Below, in pieces: positions 58,502 to 64,000 of a stretch of 64,000 nt of DNA. A program made the position numbers and the translations under genes. Positions within the stretch are counted from its first letter, which is position 1. Each line of letters opens with the position of its first letter. The notes under the pieces were generated by a model. That model was not told where the DNA came from. It did no database searches and saw only the letters and a program-made list of their open reading frames with translations. Source of the DNA: Blastocladiella emersonii ATCC 22665. Its lineage: Eukaryota > Fungi > Blastocladiomycota. The stretch covers positions 310,001 through 374,000 of the forward strand of contig JANHCV010000015.1 of assembly GCA_025594325.1 (NCBI GenBank), read 5' to 3'.

Positions 58502-60581
58502 TCTGGCGACGTCAGCGACAGACGTCAGAAAACAAGTTTTGACAAGTGGGCCGCCCACGTGAGGCTCGGTCACCGCGCCCATTGCGCTGCTCGCGCTCAG
58601 CGTGTGAGCCTGACAGTCTCCCAGATCAACGAGCGGGACAGCGTTGGCGAGACGGCGCGCAGCCAGGGCGCGGAGGTTCGCGGCCAACTCTCGCTTGCCC
58701 CGCCACGGCGATGATGAGCGGCTGGAAGGAGTGGCGGACGCGCAGCTCGCATGGGACTGCGCAAGCAGCGGACAGCACAGGGAGACCTCAGTTTGTGCGA
58801 AACGTTGAGGGGAGGAGCGACGAGCCTCGCAGCGAACAGGAGCGCGCTCGCGCCGGCGCTAAGTCCTGAAAAGCACAGGGAAGCGGGTATGCTCGAAGTG
58901 ACAGGCACGTCACGTTTCCTTACCTTCGCCGATCGCTGTGGCAGGCGAGCCGCCCGCCCAACGCACAAAAAGCGACCGCCGCCGCCTTCCTCGCTCCCGC
59001 TCCCCCAACCCGCTCGCAACGTTTGAACTCTACGCACCAACAACACACCATGCCCAGCGCAAGCGACATGGTCTCGCAGTCCACGCCGCGCGGACGCACG
59101 TCGTGAGCATCGCCGTGCCTCTGGTCCGCCACCACTTCGCTTACCCCTCGCTCGTTCCCCTCCGTCCTCGTGTTTGCCACCCTCCTCTCTGCGGCTGCTG
59201 CAGTGCACTCGCTCCTTGTGTCAAGCCCTCGCTCCCCTGCTTCCCTCGATCGCCGCTGTCGCGTGCATCGCCGCCCCGCCCTTGTCGCTGGTCGTCCAGG
59301 CCGCACCGCCCCGACGCCTGCATCTCGCGCGGCATGTCCCGCTCGTTCTCTCTTTCCGCATCGCCTGTACGCCCGCTGGGCCTTGCTGCAGTAGTAGTGC
59401 TCGCCAGCGGCCATCTCGCCCGCCGCCATCTCGCCCGCCGCCCCTGTCCCCACCTCAAGCGCTTGCGCCGATCCTGACGTTTCGTTGCTTCGCCTTGTAG
59501 CACCTTGACCGAGCTTCGCTCGCACAGCACGGCCACCGTTCCTGCGCTGGCTCGCCGACCCCGCCAGCTCGCCGACCCCCCTCTCGCCGACCCCGCCCAA
59601 GGTGACCAAGTCGCCGCGATGGCGCACCGCCGCCTCGACGCCCTCGCTCCTGCCCGCCGCGCGCGGACTCGTCTCAAACGCCGCACCCACTACTCGCGCC
59701 CGGTTCGCACACCTCGCTCAACATCTCTGCGCTGCTTGTCGCTGACTCGCTCCGGCCCGATCCCATGTAGACGGCTGCTCTTTGGTATCCGAAGCGCACG
59801 ATGACGACATGATGCTCGAGTCTACTGAATGGTGCCGCGGCCATGGTACGCGCTCCTCCGCTACCGCACGTGCGCGCCCAGTCACTCACACGTCGCACAC
59901 TTTTGCAGCATAGGATCTTCAACACGCAAGCAGGTACCTCGACATGCGTCTGCACCACCAAGTCTATCTTCAAGCCCATGCACAAGAACTCCAAGTCGCC
60001 TTCCAGCTCGACCGCCCGTGATCTCGCCGGCGAGGCTGCGCACGCCGTGTCCGACAAGATCACCACGCGTGTGTCTGTGGCGGCTGCCAACGGCCAGGAG
60101 CCCGCCGACGACGCCTCGGTCATCATCATCACCCCCGCCAAGGCCAGCACGATCGCGCGCGGCAAGTCGCCCCGCTCGCACCGCTGTGACGCTGACGCCA
60201 TGGCAAGTGATGATTGATTCAATATACGATCCTTGTATACAACCCCTCGTGATCACACATGCCCTGTTGCCCGCGAGAGGACCGCGATCGTGTGATTTCA
60301 GCTCAGGTGCGCTCACGTGGACCGTTGCCGCACGGATTCGAGCGCTCGGCTGCGCCACGCCCACGTGACGTCCGGCGGGACGTTCTCAGACGAACAGTTG
60401 TCAAAAAACGTCAGGGGGTTCGTTCTTTGACGTCGGCACCCAAAAACGTCAAAGGACGTCCAATCCTGACGTCTACAAACGTCCTGCGATCTTGGGTGTG
60501 TACGCTCATCAAGTTCTCACTCCCCGTCAACTCTTTTATAGGCTTATTCACGGTGCGTTTCCTATTCAATTGAACCATCTA

Positions 60582-61559
60582 ATGCCATGCTCACGAAACC
60601 GCTGCCTCGCTTTAACAGCACTTCAGGCCGTTCCGGATTTCAGACATTCTGAGCAGGTGTGCTTCAGCCTTACGCAAGCCTTCTCGCATAATATCCCGTT
60701 CCAGGAATTTCTTGGCGACGATCCGGCGGCTTTTGACCGGATCCTTGCGGCTTTCCCGAACCTCGCACATTCTCTGGTCAGCCCGCCTTACGGAAACGAC
60801 TCTTCTCGCATTTTCTTCGAACTCTTTGCCCACGCTCCCGCCTGCCCCAGCATCTTGTCATCTGATGCTGCGCTGCACGTAGCAGACCTTGCTGTCTACG
60901 TTCTCAACGACCCATACCATCGCGACCGCGCCCTGGACACAATTGGCCGCAAGGATTCCGCGCGCTTTTACCTGAAGCTCTTGCTCATCAAGCATGAGCG
61001 GAGCCCGCACGGCTACTCGCTCGATCACCTCACCATCACGCGTTCCGCAGACGCGCCCCCTTTGGCGTCGCCGTGGCAGTTTGCGTTCACCTCCATCCTC
61101 TCCGCATTCCCCGAGGCACTCAAAGAAGTATTCATGGACGTGGACCTTGACGGGAAGTTCACGTCGTACTTCTCGACGGATGACGCGCTGTCTGCGCGAC
61201 TCGCCGCGGAAGCCGTGTACCCGCGAAACTACACGTGGACGATGCGGACGCGTGCGCTGCTTGCCGAGGTCATGATCCCGTTCGATGCGAAGTGGGTGTA
61301 CCGCGACTTGCTCGAGCTCACGAGCGCGAGCCCGCTGTGGAAGAAGCAGCTCGTGCCTGACTGTCCTTGGCAACTCGATTGGAGCGACGACGAAAACGAG
61401 TCGAGCGACGTATTCAACGGCAACGAGTACGAATTCGACCCGCCCTCGGTCTCGATCGCGGTCGAAGGCGATCTCTCCTCGAGTGACATTGACGACGACG
61501 AGATTGGCCTGGACTCTTACGGGTCGTCAGTTGACGGCTCGTGGGGCTCGGACCTCTGA
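60582..61559 (+). CDS. Intronless hypothetical protein with acidic C-terminus
   Basis: Uninterrupted frame of over 320 codons with protein-like composition; no recognisable domain. Confidence 0.55.
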   Translation: MPCSRNRCLALTALQAVPDFRHSEQVCFSLTQAFSHNIPFQEFLGDDPAAFDRILAAFPNLAHSLVSPPYGNDSSRIFFELFAHAPACPSILSSDAALHVADLAVYVLNDPYHRDRALDTIGRKDSARFYLKLLLIKHERSPHGYSLDHLTITRSADAPPLASPWQFAFTSILSAFPEALKEVFMDVDLDGKFTSYFSTDDALSARLAAEAVYPRNYTWTMRTRALLAEVMIPFDAKWVYRDLLELTSASPLWKKQLVPDCPWQLDWSDDENESSDVFNGNEYEFDPPSVSIAVEGDLSSSDIDDDEIGLDSYGSSVDGSWGSDL

Positions 61560-61812
61560 AGCGCGGTGACTTGAACATGTTTGAAGATGACACAACTGAA
61601 CAATTGCATTTCCATAAGGTTGCACTCTTGTCCACCGGCGTTGAGCGATCGCGCAATGACATGGTCAAGAGAGCTCAATGAGCGGCGCGCTTGAAACGTT
61701 TTCAGCTGACCTCAGCCGCACCATATTTTCAGCGAGGACGCGTTCAGGCCGCGCTCCCGTTGCTCACTCGCACCCACGCAGCTGATGAAATAACCTTACG
61801 CAACTTCATGCA

Positions 61813-62639
61813 ATGGACTGCTTGCACCCTATGCATCTCTCGTTCGACGTGCTCGAGCGCGTCGTTGCCATGGCCGCGCCGCGGTCGATGCCCGTGGCTT
61901 CCTCGCGCGCGGTTCACGCCCTTGTCTCGTCGGGCGCCATGCACCTCACCTGGCTCCGCCTCTTAATCACCCGCAAACCTGGATTTCTCGACAGCCTGCC
62001 GCCCAAGTGGCAGACCCCGAATTTGCCGCTCCGCACCAATATGAGCGCATACTTGGGCGATTGCTCCGCGCCGAATGCGCGGCGCGCACTGCTAGTGTGC
62101 GAGGCGAATCACTCATTCGGCCGGGCCACCCAATCACGTCGGAGCTGCTCAATTACCTCGTGCTAGCCGCCCACGTCGATATCCAGCGACGCGGCCTGGA
62201 AACCAGCGGCGAGGCGTGGATCGAACACGTTGCAGGGTTGACAGCGGCCGCAAGCAAAGACCGCTGAGGTGCTGCGTCCTCGCATCCGTTAATCTTGCTT
62301 CTGCAAATTGCCACGTTCCTCGGGTTCATCGGCGATCACGACCTGCTCGAGCAGCTCGTCACGAGCCTTACAACTCGCTTGCAAAGATTTTACCCCTGGG
62401 CGTACCGAGGTCTCGATTTACTTCTCCTGAACTGCGAGTGGGAAACCGAAACCATGCACGCCCTGTTCGCGTGGGCTCGCCCACGCACCTCAGATAAGTG
62501 CCCCACGCCTGGTCTCGTTCCGTACCTTGCGATGCGCGCCGTGTTTCAATGGGACCTGGAGTCAGTGTCTCGATTCGAGCGGGAGCCCTTTGGTTTCGAC
62601 GTCCGCGCCATCATCAACCACGACGACGCCGACGAATGA
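61813..62639 (+). pseudogene. Orphan family member D, with a frameshift and an internal stop
   Basis: Homology to B switches from frame 61813-62166 to frame 62007-62267, passes through a TGA, and resumes in 62295-62639. Confidence 0.7.
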
Positions 62640-62867
62640 AAGTTGGAAGCCGCCGCAATGACGTCGCGTTTCCAATCCTCCACGCCTGTGAATCGTGTCC
62701 TCGCGCGCCTCCCCGCCTTGTCGACGTGCAAGCGCTTGTTGCGTATCTCAACCGAGCGGCTGATGTTTTGCACGCTCGATTGATTGAGCGCCTCTGCACA
62801 GTTTTGTTGTCCATTACATGCAAAGTCCGTTTACGTCCTAGTTTCACACCCACCTTTCAACCCACCT

Positions 62868-63977
62868 TCATTCTGAGACCAACGACGCGCGCCGCTGCGC
62901 CTGCTCCATCTCCCGATGCTGCGCAGCCCGCAACGTCGCCATCCACGCGTCGTTCTCGTACCCCGCCTCGCAAGCAGCCGCACACTTGCGCTCCATGACG
63001 CGCACCAGCTCACGCGTCCCCTCCTCCTCAATCGCCGCGTCGAGGAGCGCGACCAGCTCCGCGTCCGGCAACGTGTGGATCGCGAACGCGTCGCCAGCGT
63101 ACCCCGCGAGCCCCGCGGCCGCGACGGCCGGGTGATGCCGCGCGGCGGCGGCGGCGGCCGAGTTGAGGCGCGACGGGAGCGCGTGGTACGCGACGCCGGT
63201 CGTGCCGGAGGGCAGGAGGGCGATGCCCGCGCCGCCCGTCGCGGCGGCGGCGGCTGCGGGCGAGCGCAGCGGGTTTTCGGCGGCGGGGACGCCGAGGAGC
63301 TGGTCCCACGAGATGACGTCGAGGAGCGACGCCATGGACCGCTGCTGGTCGCGCAACCTGCCGGCGTTCTCGCGCTGGACGACCTCGACGTTGAGGGCGA
63401 CGAGCTGCGCGTCGAACTGCTCCGCGGGCATCGCGGTCAGGCGGAGCGCCGTGGGGGATGCGGACCCGGGGAACCGCTGTTTCGGTGCGCGCTGCCGCGC
63501 GTAGTGGAACAGCCACTGCGCGTCCTTGATGCGCGCGGCCAGCGCCGCGTGCTTGTTGGCCCACGCGTACCACAGCGGGGTGCGGCCGAGGGCGTCGGCG
63601 GCGCAGGGGGATGCGCCGGCGTGGAGCAGCGCCTCGACGATGGGCGCGTCGCCGTAGCTCGCGGCGAGGTGCAGCGCCGCGCGGCCCGTCTCGGGGTCGA
63701 CGACCGCGTCGACGTCCGCGCCCGCCTGGATCGCGGTCACGACGACGTGTAGGTCCGAGCCGTGCACCGCGTAGTACAGCTGGTGCGCGAGGTCCGCGGA
63801 GCCCGGGGAGAGGGAGCGGGTGGCGGCGGGCGCGTACGCGAGCTCGAGGTATTTCGCGGATATGTACTCGCGCTTCGAGGCGCGGTCGGACGTGGGGCCG
63901 GGCTTTTGACGCGCCGAGTTGCATAGGTCCGCCTCAAGGAATAGGTTCGCGGCCTTGTTGCCGCGGTCTTGGAGCAG
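62868..63977 (-). CDS. ArfGAP + ankyrin-repeat protein, last exon (5' part outside window)
   Basis: After a TAG acceptor: GNKAANLFLE...KPGPTSDRASKREYISAKY (ArfGAP C-terminal half), in frame with ankyrin repeats GRAALHLAASYGDAPIVEALLHAGA and GRTPLWYA. Confidence 0.85.
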   Translation of the reverse strand: MLQDRGNKAANLFLEADLCNSARQKPGPTSDRASKREYISAKYLELAYAPAATRSLSPGSADLAHQLYYAVHGSDLHVVVTAIQAGADVDAVVDPETGRAALHLAASYGDAPIVEALLHAGASPCAADALGRTPLWYAWANKHAALAARIKDAQWLFHYARQRAPKQRFPGSASPTALRLTAMPAEQFDAQLVALNVEVVQRENAGRLRDQQRSMASLLDVISWDQLLGVPAAENPLRSPAAAAAATGGAGIALLPSGTTGVAYHALPSRLNSAAAAAARHHPAVAAAGLAGYAGDAFAIHTLPDAELVALLDAAIEEEGTRELVRVMERKCAAACEAGYENDAWMATLRAAQHREMEQAQRRASLVSE

Positions 63978-64000
63978 CTACAGTTGGCGCGCGTGTCAGT

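Noticed and set aside
63737-63977. Apparent frameshift between the ArfGAP and ankyrin parts suggested by the ORF track
   Set aside because: Manual reading shows a single frame (KYLELAYAPAATRSLSPGSADLAHQLYYAVH); the track simply begins at a later start codon.
1-64000. tRNA, rRNA or other structured RNA genes
   Set aside because: None recognised by eye; tRNAscan-SE/Infernal would be needed to exclude them.

Overview
GC-rich eukaryotic genomic DNA with short GT-AG introns (GTACG/GTGCG donors, CTAAC/CTGAC-type branch points). A fungal-type ADE1, a SHIPPO/ODF3-repeat protein and a kinesin-4 point to a flagellated (zoosporic) fungus; this is inference. Housekeeping blocks lie at 1-15.8 kb (mL38, rhodanese, MFS, giant GATA factor, AFG1) and 31.6-49 kb (NASP-like chaperone, Kelch+cytochrome b561, SHIPPO, Yvh1-type zinc domain, kinesin, ADE1), with a partial ArfGAP-ankyrin gene at the right edge. 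Two accessory regions sit between them. The first (16-30 kb) holds the main finding: five paralogous, intron-split genes for small secreted peptides that the ORF track largely misses. All share the framework C-x3-C-x3-C-x3-C-x5-C-x3-C-x3-C-x2-C, a conserved signal peptide and a shared promoter motif. One gene is a three-core polyprotein with RR-delimited repeats. The second accessory region (49-62.6 kb) is a decaying family of orphan F-box-like genes. Two apparently identical 2439-bp PIF/Harbinger transposons lie in inverted orientation (21018-23456 and 55072-57510). All calls come from motif recognition by eye; no database searches were run.
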